Assembly (NCBI GenBank): GCA_965203175.1
Contig: OZ241867.1
Location: 544,001-608,000 of the forward strand
DNA: 64,000 nucleotides
Reading direction: 5' to 3'
Source: Candidatus Latescibacterota bacterium
Lineage (GTDB): Bacteria > Latescibacterota > UBA2968 > UBA8231
Shown piece by piece: positions 46,538 through 56,421 of the stretch; the first letter of the stretch is position 1; each line of letters begins with the position of its first letter. Below the pieces are notes generated by a model. That model searched no databases. It was not told the origin of the DNA and worked only from the letters and a program-made list of their open reading frames with translations. A program made the position numbers and the translations under genes.

Positions 46538-47923
46538 ATGCTACGGTCCGCATACAGCACAATCCTCCGCTGCTTGCTCATCGGCTCGATTTTCGTCGGC
46601 TGTAGTTCCGACGGCCCAGGGCCGGTGCAAACGGTCGGGCACGGGGCAGATTCGACTTGGGATATTATCCAAACGGAAATTTTCGCTGGCCAATGCGTTA
46701 GCTGCCACACGACTGGAACCTCGTTTGGGCGTCAGTCGGGCCTCGTGCTCACCCCGGACGTAGCCTACGAACAGCTCGTGGGTGCCACCCCGACAAACGC
46801 GGCCGCCGCAGCCGACGGGCTGATGCGGATCAGCGACCTCGGACAGGGCATGCCCGGCCTCCTCAAGAGCTATTTGTGGGAGAAGATCAACGCGCCCGAC
46901 CAGCAGCATTTCTATGGCGATCATCCCTACTACGGGGAGCTAATGCCCTTTGGCGGCAAGCCGCTGACCAACGGTGAGTTGGCTTTTATCCGTGCTTGGA
47001 TCGAGGCCGGCGCACCGGAGACGGGCCATGTGGCCGATCCAGACCTCTTGCAGGACAAGTCGCGCTACGAAGTGCCGGAGTTCAAGCCGCTAGCCGAGCC
47101 GGAAAACGGAGTCCAACTGCACTTGCCGCCTTTCGAGATCCAGCCCAACACCGAGCGCGAGATCTTTGTCGTGCATCCGCTGAACAACGAAGAAGATGTA
47201 TTCCTAGAGCGCGTCCAGATCTCCATGAAGTCCGGCTCGCACCACTTCTTGCTCTACACATTCCAAGACGATATACCCCCCGAGCGCATGCCGGAACCTT
47301 ACGAATATCGCGAGTTGCACAACGGCGCCGGCCAGTACGTCCTTTCAACCATACTAACGCAATTTTATCACCTGCCAATCGCTGGCAGCCAATGGCCTTC
47401 CATCGATGTCTCCCTGCCACCCGGAGTGGCGATACGGCTGCCCAAGAACACCCTGCTCGACCTCAACTCGCACTATGTCAATCGCACCAATCAGCCCATT
47501 ACCGGCGAGGTCTATTCCAACTTGCACTTTGCCGATCCATCTGAAGTCGAGCACGAAGCGCGTTTCTTTTCTTTGAACAATCTCGATATCTCCCTGCCGC
47601 CCGGGGAGGTGACGACTATAGAGAGGGATTTTACCTTCTCCGAGCGGACCCACATTGTGCAGCTACTCTCGCACGCTCATCAGCTCATGGTCGAATTCCG
47701 AGTCGAAATGATCGGGGGAGCGCACGACGGCGAGCTCATCTACGTCGCTTACGACTGGGAACACCCGCCGATCCTGAGATTCGACTCCCCTCTCGTCCTA
47801 GAGCCGGGAGAGGGCTTCAGGTTAGAGGCAACCTATGACAACACGACCGACGAAGAGGTCAATTTCGGTTTGTTGTCAACAGACGAGATGATGATTCTCT
47901 TTGGGATCTTCTACCGGGATTAA
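46538..47923 (+). CDS. Lipoprotein: cytochrome c + PHM-type copper monooxygenase
   Basis: Lipobox VGC; CVSCH...MPFGG...IRAWIEAGAP; SHH, NSHY, HAH, DEMM. Confidence 0.75.
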   Translation: MLRSAYSTILRCLLIGSIFVGCSSDGPGPVQTVGHGADSTWDIIQTEIFAGQCVSCHTTGTSFGRQSGLVLTPDVAYEQLVGATPTNAAAAADGLMRISDLGQGMPGLLKSYLWEKINAPDQQHFYGDHPYYGELMPFGGKPLTNGELAFIRAWIEAGAPETGHVADPDLLQDKSRYEVPEFKPLAEPENGVQLHLPPFEIQPNTEREIFVVHPLNNEEDVFLERVQISMKSGSHHFLLYTFQDDIPPERMPEPYEYRELHNGAGQYVLSTILTQFYHLPIAGSQWPSIDVSLPPGVAIRLPKNTLLDLNSHYVNRTNQPITGEVYSNLHFADPSEVEHEARFFSLNNLDISLPPGEVTTIERDFTFSERTHIVQLLSHAHQLMVEFRVEMIGGAHDGELIYVAYDWEHPPILRFDSPLVLEPGEGFRLEATYDNTTDEEVNFGLLSTDEMMILFGIFYRD

Positions 47924-47940
47924 CTTATTTTGTGGCACGC

Positions 47941-47986
47941 AAAAGGCGCGAGGAGCACAGACAGTGTGCGCTCCTCGCGCCTTTTT
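47941..47986. terminator. Bidirectional intrinsic terminator
   Basis: AAAAGGCGCGAGGAGCACA...TGCGCTCCTCGCGCCTTTTT between convergent genes. Confidence 0.8.
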
Positions 47987-48005
47987 CATGAGGCTATGAC
48001 TGCGT

Positions 48006-48659
48006 CTAATACATATGCGGCTGCACGGCGAGGGCCAGCGACGCTTCAATGTCCCAGATGGCCTTGGTCACTTCTTGACCAATTAAGTCCAGCTTGCGCA
48101 CCTGTTCGATGCGCCCGGTCGCACGGGCTAGTTCGCGGCTGGCCAAGAGCCTCTCGAAAATTCCGCAGGCGTCCGCCAAGCAAATAATGACCACGTCGCG
48201 GGGATCGGGGATCTTATCGCTGAACAGCACCTCCATGATGCGCAGCTTGACCTCTTTCTCGGCCTTGCCGTCGAGGGCCGGATAGCGCCGCGCACTAAAC
48301 ACCCACAGGAAGCGCCCTTCCTCGCGCGCGAGAATGCCCTTCTCCACCAGTCGGCGGAGCGAACCCTCGCGGATGTCGTCGGCGCGCGCGGCAGCGCGCT
48401 CCAGCCAGAAACGGGTATCGTGCGTTTCGGTCGCCGCGGCAATGTCGCTCAGTATCGGGTCAATCAGACTGTCTTGTAGGGGAGTGTTATCGACGAGAAC
48501 CAGCTTGTCCAAGTCGGTGTCTATGCGGTCTTCCAGTGCCAGTTCCATCAGAACTCCGCCGCCCAAGGCGTAGCGCACCAACCGGTCGGGTACTCGGGCG
48601 AAGCTCCCATTTTCATCGTCGAGCAAAAGAAGCATAATTTCTTCGGTGAATCTCAGCAT
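48006..48659 (-). CDS. GPP34/GOLPH3/Vps74 family protein
   Basis: EEIMLLLLDDENG, GVLMELALEDRI, RLVEKGIL, RFLWVF..RYP. Confidence 0.75.
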   Translation of the reverse strand: MLRFTEEIMLLLLDDENGSFARVPDRLVRYALGGGVLMELALEDRIDTDLDKLVLVDNTPLQDSLIDPILSDIAAATETHDTRFWLERAAARADDIREGSLRRLVEKGILAREEGRFLWVFSARRYPALDGKAEKEVKLRIMEVLFSDKIPDPRDVVIICLADACGIFERLLASRELARATGRIEQVRKLDLIGQEVTKAIWDIEASLALAVQPHMY

Positions 48660-48731
48660 ACCTTTCCTTTCAGGCCCAGTGTTTATGGATTTTTCTGACT
48701 CGCGTTCGCGTGGAGGGGTTCCCGCCGATTC

Positions 48732-48965
48732 TCATGGAGAATAGGGATCCTCCGCGTCCAAGATCTTATTCAGGGATTCGGGGCTGCCGAAGCGCTGCAC
48801 CTCTTCTTCGTACTGCTCTGTCTCGATGCGGGCCTGCCGCACGTGCCAGAGAATCCACAGCACCACTCCCACGACAAACAGCGCGAACTCCGCACCGACA
48901 AAGGGGTATAGAGGCCCAATCTCGGCCATGTTGCCGCTCCAACTTTCGACGTTTCCGGTGGACAT
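48732..48965 (-). CDS. Small single-pass membrane protein downstream of amt
   Basis: IGPLYPFVG followed by a TM ending WILWH; RBS AGGAG. Confidence 0.7.
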   Translation of the reverse strand: MSTGNVESWSGNMAEIGPLYPFVGAEFALFVVGVVLWILWHVRQARIETEQYEEEVQRFGSPESLNKILDAEDPYSP

Positions 48966-49002
48966 GATGATCTCCTAGTAGGGTGTGTTTGGCTCGGCGA
49001 GT

Positions 49003-50370
49003 TTACATTTTGCCGACTTCTTCGCGCTCGGCGTCAATGATGCCCTGCTCCTCTGCGGCCCGATCAACGGTCGTGCCGTAGTCGAGGCCAGCCAACTCGA
49101 TCTCACGTGGAATGCGCAGCCCGCCGAGGCTGTGAATAATTTTAGCCGCTACCCACCCCGGCAGAAAGCCGAGCAGTCCGAACATGATCAAAGCGCCGGC
49201 GATTTGGCCCAGCGGGTTGATGCTGGCAAATCCCTCGCTCGGCGACGATGGATAGCCCCACAGCACGAAGCCACAGACCACGACGCCAAAGAAGCCAGCG
49301 TACCCGTGTACCGCCACCGCCCCGACGGCGTCGTCAACCTTGAACCTGCGCTCCACCCAGTAGTGCATCTTATACATGAATACGACGCCGAGGGCGGCAA
49401 TGAGCATGGCCTGTACCGGGTGGTACAAGTCGTTGCCAGCCGATGCGGCGATTATGCCAGCCAAGCCGGCCGAATAGGTCCAGTACGCGTCGCCCTTCGA
49501 GATGAGGTACCCGGCGAGCAGGCCGCCGGCCAAGGCCATGAGAAAGTTCACCGTAATGGCGGATAGGGTAGTAGGAGCCAAGTAGATGTTGGTGGCCGAG
49601 TAAAAAGTGCCGTCGCCACTTTGCACGTCCCACATCGGGACGTTGCAGGCCACGTAGAACCCCCAGAAGCCAGTGTATATGAGGAAGAGGCCGATGGTCA
49701 CCAGCCACGGGTTGCGCGGGTTGATGCTCCTCGGCGTCCCGTCCGCGGCAAACTTACCAATCCTCGGCCCTAGCACGACCAACACGCCGAGGGCAAAGCC
49801 GCCGGCAATGGCGTGAATGACCCCAGAGGCATAGGCGTCGTGGTAGCCCAGCACCTGCACCATCCAGCCTTCGGCGTGCCAGCCCCAAGCCGCGTCAATG
49901 ACCCAGAATACCGAGCCGATGAGGATGGCCAAAATCCAGAAGGCGGAGGAGCGGATGCGCTCGATGACCGAGCCGGAAACAATCGAGGCCGCGGTCCAAG
50001 AAAACAGCAGGAACGCCGCCCAGAACACGCCGTTGAGCCGCGCCCAGCCACCGGGATCCCCAGCACCCCCCAGATGCGGTCCCATCAGCTCGCTCCAAGC
50101 CACCGCGTGCGGTGCCTCGACGAGGCCACCGATAATGCCCGGCCCGTTCGGGAAAGCGAAGTAGATCCACCAGCCAAAGAAGAAGAAGGTAATGGTCACC
50201 AGCGGAATGAGCATCGTGTTCTTCATCAGGGTGTGGACGTGGTTTTTGTGGCGCGAAACGCCCACTTCGTACATGCAAAATCCCACGTGGATGAAAAACA
50301 TCAACACCACCGTGATCCAGTAGTAAAACTCGGTGAATATGACGCTCAGCGAACTGAGTTCGTTGTCCAT
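49003..50370 (-). CDS. amt: Ammonium transporter (Amt/Mep/Rh) family
   Basis: IVSGSVIER, LGPRIGKF, DDAVGAVAVHG; twin His retained. Confidence 0.9.
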   Translation of the reverse strand: MDNELSSLSVIFTEFYYWITVVLMFFIHVGFCMYEVGVSRHKNHVHTLMKNTMLIPLVTITFFFFGWWIYFAFPNGPGIIGGLVEAPHAVAWSELMGPHLGGAGDPGGWARLNGVFWAAFLLFSWTAASIVSGSVIERIRSSAFWILAILIGSVFWVIDAAWGWHAEGWMVQVLGYHDAYASGVIHAIAGGFALGVLVVLGPRIGKFAADGTPRSINPRNPWLVTIGLFLIYTGFWGFYVACNVPMWDVQSGDGTFYSATNIYLAPTTLSAITVNFLMALAGGLLAGYLISKGDAYWTYSAGLAGIIAASAGNDLYHPVQAMLIAALGVVFMYKMHYWVERRFKVDDAVGAVAVHGYAGFFGVVVCGFVLWGYPSSPSEGFASINPLGQIAGALIMFGLLGFLPGWVAAKIIHSLGGLRIPREIELAGLDYGTTVDRAAEEQGIIDAEREEVGKM

Positions 50371-50458
50371 GATTCCCCTCCCTGTTTTGGGATTTCATTC
50401 ATCGTCCCAAAGTAATACGGATAATTTAGGGGTATCTCAAGGTCTTTTTGACTTGGGC

Positions 50459-51280
50459 TTAGTCGCCTCCTGCGGGAGAGCCGGTTCCACTCCCGCGACG
50501 GCGCAACCATTCTACTGTAAACAGAACTAAAACGGCAAAAGCGATGAGAAAGGTCGCCACCGCCAGGATGGTGGGGCTGATCTGCTCGCGGATACCCGCC
50601 CACATCTGTCGCGGAATGGTCCGTTGCTCCAAGCCACCCATGAACAGCACCACCACGACCTCGTCGAAGGAAGCGGCAAAGGCGAATAACCCGCCAGACG
50701 CAACCCCAGGTGCGATGAGCGGCAACTGCACCTGCCAGAAGCTGCGCAACGGACCCGCGCCGAGGCTGGCCGCGGCCCGCATCAAGTTCCGGTCAAAGCC
50801 CGACAACGTGGCGGTTACGGTGATCACCACAAACGGCACTCCGAGTACGGCATGGGCGAGGATTATGCCGAGGTGAGTCTGAGCCAAGCCGAGGCTGGAG
50901 TAAAAGAAGAACATTCCCACTGCGGCAATGATGACCGGCGTGATCATCGGCGAGATCAACAGCCCCATCACAGTCCGCCGAGCGGGCATGGCCGAGTTCG
51001 CCAGCCCGAGCGCCGCTAGGGTGCCAAGCGAGGTCGCGAGCAGGGTGGCCGAGACGCCGATGACCAAGCTGTTGACCAAGGCGCGGGTCCATACGCCGTC
51101 TTCAAAGATGCTGCGGTACCAACGCAGCGAATACGCCTCCGGGTCGAAACGCAGCATGCCCTCGGTAAACGTAAAATACGGCTCCGCGTTGAAGCTGAGC
51201 GGCACGATCACCAAGATCGGCGCGACCAAGAAGACAAACGCCGCCGTGCAGAACGCGAGATAGACCCACCGCGCCAACAT
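50459..51280 (-). CDS. ABC transporter permease (PotC-like)
   Basis: AAASLGAGP loop, SFDEVVV; start trimmed to MLARWV, which overlaps the upstream stop. Confidence 0.88.
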   Translation of the reverse strand: MLARWVYLAFCTAAFVFLVAPILVIVPLSFNAEPYFTFTEGMLRFDPEAYSLRWYRSIFEDGVWTRALVNSLVIGVSATLLATSLGTLAALGLANSAMPARRTVMGLLISPMITPVIIAAVGMFFFYSSLGLAQTHLGIILAHAVLGVPFVVITVTATLSGFDRNLMRAAASLGAGPLRSFWQVQLPLIAPGVASGGLFAFAASFDEVVVVLFMGGLEQRTIPRQMWAGIREQISPTILAVATFLIAFAVLVLFTVEWLRRRGSGTGSPAGGD

Positions 51281-52512
51281 CAGCCCAGCCTCATGCGGTC
51301 GATGCCCACCACGCGGTCGTAGAGCACGTACAGCGCGATGATGCCCACTAGCAGGATGGCGGCGAGCGCGGCGGCGAGTCCCCAGTTGAGCGAGGTCTGC
51401 ATGTGATAGGCGATCATGTTGGAGATGAGCTGACCCTTGCTCCCGCCGACCAGCGCCGGCGTGATGTAGTAGCCAATGGCGAGAATGAACACCATCAGCG
51501 ATCCAGCGCCGACGCCGGGCAAGGTCTGTGGCCAATAGACGCGCCAGAACGCCTGAAAGGGCGTCGCACCGAGGGAGGCTGCGGCCTGGACGTGCGACGG
51601 CGGAATCGAACGCATCACCGAGTACAGCGGCAGCACCATAAAGGGCAGCAGCACGTGGGTCATCGCCACAAACGTGCCGGTCATGTTGTATATCATGGCG
51701 ATGCGGCCGTCGTCCGCGACCAGTCCGATCGCCACCAGCAAGCTGTTGATCACGCCCTGGGTCTGGAGCAGCACGATCCAAGCCGTCGTCCGCACCAGCA
51801 GGGAGGTCCAGAACGGCACCAACACCAGCAACAACAGCAGGTTGGCGCGGCGCGGCGGCGCGTGGGCGATCAGGTGGGCAATCGGGTAGCCAATGACCAA
51901 GCACAGCGCGGAAATGCCAAAGCTAATGGCCAGCGTTCGCCACAAAAGCGGCAGGTAGATACGTCGTTCCTCTGGCTGCCGAGCGATGCTACCATCGGGT
52001 TGGCGCATGAAGTCGAGCGCATTGATATAGTGGCGGAACGTGAACCGCTCCCCAGCGCTGCGAATCGCCAACCACACATCCGGCTTGCCCCAAGCGGCGT
52101 CGATGCCGATCATGGTCTCGCGCCAAGAGTCGCCGCTGGCGTTGCGCAACTTGCGCACACTGCGCGTGACGACGCTGCGCAAGCCGCTCTTGATGCGGTT
52201 GACGCGCGTGGCAATTTGGCCGAGGGTGCGCTCTTCCCGCGCCTGCAGCAACTCGCGTGCAGCCGTTGCGTACACAGGCTCATCCAAGGCGCTCGTCCCG
52301 TCCCATGTGCGCAATAGAACGAGCGTTTCCGGCAATGCATCCGCGACTAGGGGGTCGTACGCACTGCGCACGAGCAACGAACCAAGTGGCGCGACAAAGG
52401 TCACCAAGACAAAGACGATCAGCGGCAGGGCCAATCCGGCCGCTCGCCGCCGCTGCCCCGCCTGCTGCTTGGACGCGTCTAAACCCGTTTCTGCTGTTAC
52501 TTGGTCAACCAC
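51280..52512 (-). CDS. ABC transporter permease (PotB-like)
   Basis: PFWTSLLVRTTAW, LPFMVLPLY, AAASLGATP; GTG start at 52512 is inferred. Confidence 0.88.
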   Translation of the reverse strand: MVDQVTAETGLDASKQQAGQRRRAAGLALPLIVFVLVTFVAPLGSLLVRSAYDPLVADALPETLVLLRTWDGTSALDEPVYATAARELLQAREERTLGQIATRVNRIKSGLRSVVTRSVRKLRNASGDSWRETMIGIDAAWGKPDVWLAIRSAGERFTFRHYINALDFMRQPDGSIARQPEERRIYLPLLWRTLAISFGISALCLVIGYPIAHLIAHAPPRRANLLLLLVLVPFWTSLLVRTTAWIVLLQTQGVINSLLVAIGLVADDGRIAMIYNMTGTFVAMTHVLLPFMVLPLYSVMRSIPPSHVQAAASLGATPFQAFWRVYWPQTLPGVGAGSLMVFILAIGYYITPALVGGSKGQLISNMIAYHMQTSLNWGLAAALAAILLVGIIALYVLYDRVVGIDRMRLG

Positions 52513-53653
52513 TTTCGGATGGATCCCCCTCGTCGTCCACAGCATCGGGTTGCAGCGCGCGGCAGTCCAGCAAAGTCCAGCCGACGCGAATCCGATCTCC
52601 CTCCAACACACCCCCATGGCCCACAATGTTGGGGATCTTGACGATGAAGCCCGAGTGCCCACACAGCTTTAGGCGCAGGCGCATGTGATCGCCGAGAAAT
52701 GCTATATCCTCGATATCGGCGTCAAACTCGTTGGAGTACGAGTGTTCACCCTCACTCGGCGAGAGCTTCACTCGCTCCGGGCGAACGACGACCGTCGCGG
52801 CAGCCCCCGGCGGACATTGCCCCAAACTCACGGCTTTGATCAGCGCATCGCCGACCTCCACTTCACACACGCCGTCGCCGACCGTGCGCACCACGCCGTT
52901 TAGCCGGTTGTTCTCGCCGATGAAATGGGCCACGAAAGCGCGCTCCGGCTCTTCGTACAGTACCTCCGGGGACGCAACCTGCTCGATCGCGCCGCCGCGA
53001 AAGACGGCGACCCGATCCGACATGACCATAGCCTCCTGCTGATCGTGCGTGACATAGACGACCGTTATGCCCAAGGTGCGCTGAATGCGGCGGATTTCGT
53101 ATTGCATTTCCTCGCGCAGTCGTCGGTCGAGCGCGCCGAGCGGCTCGTCCATCAACACGAGCTCTGGATCGAAGACCAAGGCACGGGCGATCGCAACGCG
53201 CTGTTGCTGACCACCGGATAGCTGCCCTGGGCGGCGATCCTCCAAGCCTTCGAGGCGCACGAGGCGCAGGGTGCGGGCCACTCGCTCCTGCCGCTCGCTG
53301 GGGTCAATACCGCGCACTTCCAGCGGAAACGCCAAGTTTCGCCCGACCGTCATGTGCGGAAAGAGCGCGTAGTTTTGAAACACGACGCCGATTTCGCGCT
53401 TGTGGGGGGGCAAATCGCCGACCGGCACGCCGTTGATGCGGATGGTACCAGAAGCTAGCGTCTCAAACCCAGCGAGCATCATCAAGCAAGTCGTCTTACC
53501 GGAACCAGACGGCCCGAGCATGGTGAGGAATTCGCCCTTGTGTACGGCGAGGTCGAGATCCCGCACGACCCAGTTGCGGCCGTCGTAGCTTTTGCTAACG
53601 CCGGTGAATTCGACGTGAGGGGTGCTAGTGCAGTTGTCGTCTGTGCTCACCAC
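52505..53653 (-). CDS. ABC transporter ATP-binding protein (PotA-like)
   Basis: GPSGSGKT, FQNYALFPH, LSGGQQQR, MDEPLGALD, TOBE tail. Confidence 0.93.
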   Translation of the reverse strand: MVSTDDNCTSTPHVEFTGVSKSYDGRNWVVRDLDLAVHKGEFLTMLGPSGSGKTTCLMMLAGFETLASGTIRINGVPVGDLPPHKREIGVVFQNYALFPHMTVGRNLAFPLEVRGIDPSERQERVARTLRLVRLEGLEDRRPGQLSGGQQQRVAIARALVFDPELVLMDEPLGALDRRLREEMQYEIRRIQRTLGITVVYVTHDQQEAMVMSDRVAVFRGGAIEQVASPEVLYEEPERAFVAHFIGENNRLNGVVRTVGDGVCEVEVGDALIKAVSLGQCPPGAAATVVVRPERVKLSPSEGEHSYSNEFDADIEDIAFLGDHMRLRLKLCGHSGFIVKIPNIVGHGGVLEGDRIRVGWTLLDCRALQPDAVDDEGDPSESG

Positions 53654-55288
53654 TTACCAACCGAGGGCATAGCCGTCGCGGCGCGGGTCGGCCCCGCCCA
53701 TAAAGGAACCCGTGTCGGCATCAACCATGATGCCTTGGCCACCGCCGACCCCAGGCGACCAGTCGCCGAGAAAATTGAATTGGTGGCCGCGGCGCTCCAG
53801 CTCGGCGAAGACTTCGCGGTCAATGCGGTTTTCAACATCGACGACAAAGCCGGGGCTTCCCGTCTTGACGCGGGGGGCTTCGATAGCGGCTTGGACGTGC
53901 ATCTGGTGATCGAGGACGTTCATAATCATCTGTGGAGTAGTCTGGAGGATGCCATAGCTCCCCGGGGTGCCGATGAGCAGGCGCAGGCCATCGGCGTCCC
54001 AAATCTGGGCCGGCGACACGCAGATCTCGTTTTTCTTGGCCGGACCAATGACATTGGGGCTGGTAGGCTCGCGGTCGAACCAGCGCATGAAGTTGTTGAG
54101 GGCAATGCCGGTCTCCGGCACCACCATGGCCGAACCAAAGGGGCCGCCCAAGCTCTGGGTGCAGGCGACGGCGTTGCCATCGGCGTCGATGGTGTCGAAA
54201 TGGGTCGTGCATTCGTTCATCCACACGCGCGGGTCACCCGCTTTGACCTCTCCAGCCGGGCCACCGGGCACGAGGTGTTCGCCAGCGGTAAACTGGGCCT
54301 TGTCGCCGATGAGCGCGCGCCGCTCGGCTGCGTATTCCTTCGAGAGCAGGCCCGCTGTCGGCGGGTCGTCGATGGCCGTGTAGGCAATGCGGTCGGCCAT
54401 GGCCAGCTTAGTTGTCTCGATAAAGCGATGCAAGGTCGGAGCGGTGTTGTGGCCGAGGCCGGCCACGTCAAAGCCCTCCATGATGGCCAGCGTCTCCAAG
54501 TACTGGACAGCTTGGCAGGGCGGCGGCGGCGCAAAGACCTCATAACCGCGATAGTTGATGGAGACTGGGTCGACGAATACTGGGACAAAGTCGGCGAGGT
54601 CTTCCTTTGTAATTAGGCCACCGGTCTCCTCCATATAGCGAACCATGCGGTCGGCAATCGCGCCCTTGTAAAAGACATCCGCGCCGTCGGCAGCAACTTG
54701 GCGGAAGGTCTCGGCAAGGGCCTTTTGCACCACCACTTCCCCAGGCTCGGGGGCCGCGCCGTCGAGTAGATAGATGTCGGCACCGGTCTTGAAGCGGCGC
54801 AGACTCTCGGCCGCACCCGCGTAGAAAAAGGCGTTCTTTACCGTGAGGGCGTAGCCCTGCTCGGCGTACTCAACGGCCGGAGCGAAGACGCGAGCGGCGT
54901 CCATCGAGCCGTAGCGCTCCAACGCGGCCATCCAGCCGCCGCAAGCACCCGGTACTAACGGCGTGAGGGGACCAAACCCCTGTTTGTCGTCGCTGTCGTA
55001 CAGATTCAAAGTGGCCGCGCGCGGGGTGAGGCCGACGTAATCGACGATCTTGTGCTCTTTTTCGCGGGCGCTGTAGATGTGCAGATAGCCGACGCCGCCA
55101 ATGCCCGACATATACGGCTCGACTACGTTGAGCGCAGCGGCCGTGGCAATGGCCGCGTCAATGGCATTGCCGCCCTCCATCAGGATGCGCATACCAGCGA
55201 GAGAGGCGAGCGGATGCGCCGAGGCGATCATGCCGCGACGGCCCGTGGCAGTGCTGCGGTGCGTGGTACCCTCAGAAGAAAAGGCCAT
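53654..55288 (-). CDS. ggt: Gamma-glutamyltransferase (no signal peptide)
   Basis: GGNAIDAA, EPYMSGIGG, nucleophile TTHF, GTPG, GGADPRRDG. Confidence 0.92.
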   Translation of the reverse strand: MAFSSEGTTHRSTATGRRGMIASAHPLASLAGMRILMEGGNAIDAAIATAAALNVVEPYMSGIGGVGYLHIYSAREKEHKIVDYVGLTPRAATLNLYDSDDKQGFGPLTPLVPGACGGWMAALERYGSMDAARVFAPAVEYAEQGYALTVKNAFFYAGAAESLRRFKTGADIYLLDGAAPEPGEVVVQKALAETFRQVAADGADVFYKGAIADRMVRYMEETGGLITKEDLADFVPVFVDPVSINYRGYEVFAPPPPCQAVQYLETLAIMEGFDVAGLGHNTAPTLHRFIETTKLAMADRIAYTAIDDPPTAGLLSKEYAAERRALIGDKAQFTAGEHLVPGGPAGEVKAGDPRVWMNECTTHFDTIDADGNAVACTQSLGGPFGSAMVVPETGIALNNFMRWFDREPTSPNVIGPAKKNEICVSPAQIWDADGLRLLIGTPGSYGILQTTPQMIMNVLDHQMHVQAAIEAPRVKTGSPGFVVDVENRIDREVFAELERRGHQFNFLGDWSPGVGGGQGIMVDADTGSFMGGADPRRDGYALGW

Positions 55289-55375
55289 TGGACGCAACTC
55301 CTTGTGATTTGTAGATTTTGCGACCGCCTAAAATAGGGCGAGCAAATTACAGCGTCAATCGAGGAGCTTAGCTAT

Positions 55376-56413
55376 ATGAGCGACAAGACAATAGACCTGC
55401 GCAGCGACACGATTACCCTGCCGACCGAAGCCATGCGGGAGGCCATGGCCTGCGCGCCGTTGGGCGACGATGTGTACGGCGAAGACCCATCGGTCAACCG
55501 CCTGCAAGAAGTGGCCGCCGAAAAAGTGGGCATGGAAGCCGCGCTCTACGTGCCTTCGGGTACGATGGGCAATGCCTGCGCCTTGATGACCCACACCAAT
55601 TGGGGAGACGAGGTGCTCTTTGAGGAGCAGGCGCACATGTACTACTGGGAGGCCGGAACCTATGCCTCGCTCGCCGGGCTGTCCGCGCGCATCGCTGCTG
55701 GCGACCACGGCGTCATTACCGCCGACCAAGTACGCGAGACGGTCCGCGCCGACAACCCGCACTTTGCCCCGCTCAAGGTCGTCTGCATCGAAAACACCCA
55801 CAACAACCACGCCGGCCACGCTTGGTCGGTTGCCGAGGTGGCCGCGGTGAGTGCTGCATGCCGCGAACACGGGCTGAAACTGCACGTGGACGGGGCGCGC
55901 ATTTTTAACGCCGCCACAGCCACCGGGACGACGGTCCCAGAGTACACTCAGCACGTTGACTCCGTGATGTTCTGCATCTCCAAGGGGCTGAGCGCACCAG
56001 TCGGCTCGCTGCTGTGCGGCAGCAGGGACTTTGTCGATCGGGCCTATCGGATGCGCAAGCGGCTCGGCGGCGCCATGCGCCAAGCCGGAATAGTGGCCGC
56101 GGCCGGGGTCGTAGCCTTAGAGCAGATGGTAGATCGGCTGGCCGAGGATCACGCGGTAGCGCAGGAACTGGCCTCGGGGCTGGGCGCAATCGAGGGCGTT
56201 GAGGTGATTTTTCCGCCGCGACCGACCAATATCCTCAAGGTGGATTTTGCGGCCTTGGGCTGGTCGGCTGACGATCTGGTGGCCAAGTGGAAGGCGCGAG
56301 GGGTGTTGTGCAATCCGCGTCCGCCGCACGGGGCGCGACTGGTGGCGAATCGGCACGTGGAGCTAGAGGACGTCAAGTACGTGGTGGAGGCGACCCGGGA
56401 AATGATCGGGTAG
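55376..56413 (+). CDS. ltaE: Low-specificity L-threonine aldolase
   Basis: [40 protein letters not shown] (PLP Lys), GGAMRQAG. Confidence 0.9.
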   Translation: MSDKTIDLRSDTITLPTEAMREAMACAPLGDDVYGEDPSVNRLQEVAAEKVGMEAALYVPSGTMGNACALMTHTNWGDEVLFEEQAHMYYWEAGTYASLAGLSARIAAGDHGVITADQVRETVRADNPHFAPLKVVCIENTHNNHAGHAWSVAEVAAVSAACREHGLKLHVDGARIFNAATATGTTVPEYTQHVDSVMFCISKGLSAPVGSLLCGSRDFVDRAYRMRKRLGGAMRQAGIVAAAGVVALEQMVDRLAEDHAVAQELASGLGAIEGVEVIFPPRPTNILKVDFAALGWSADDLVAKWKARGVLCNPRPPHGARLVANRHVELEDVKYVVEATREMIG

Positions 56414-56421
56414 GGGGCCAC

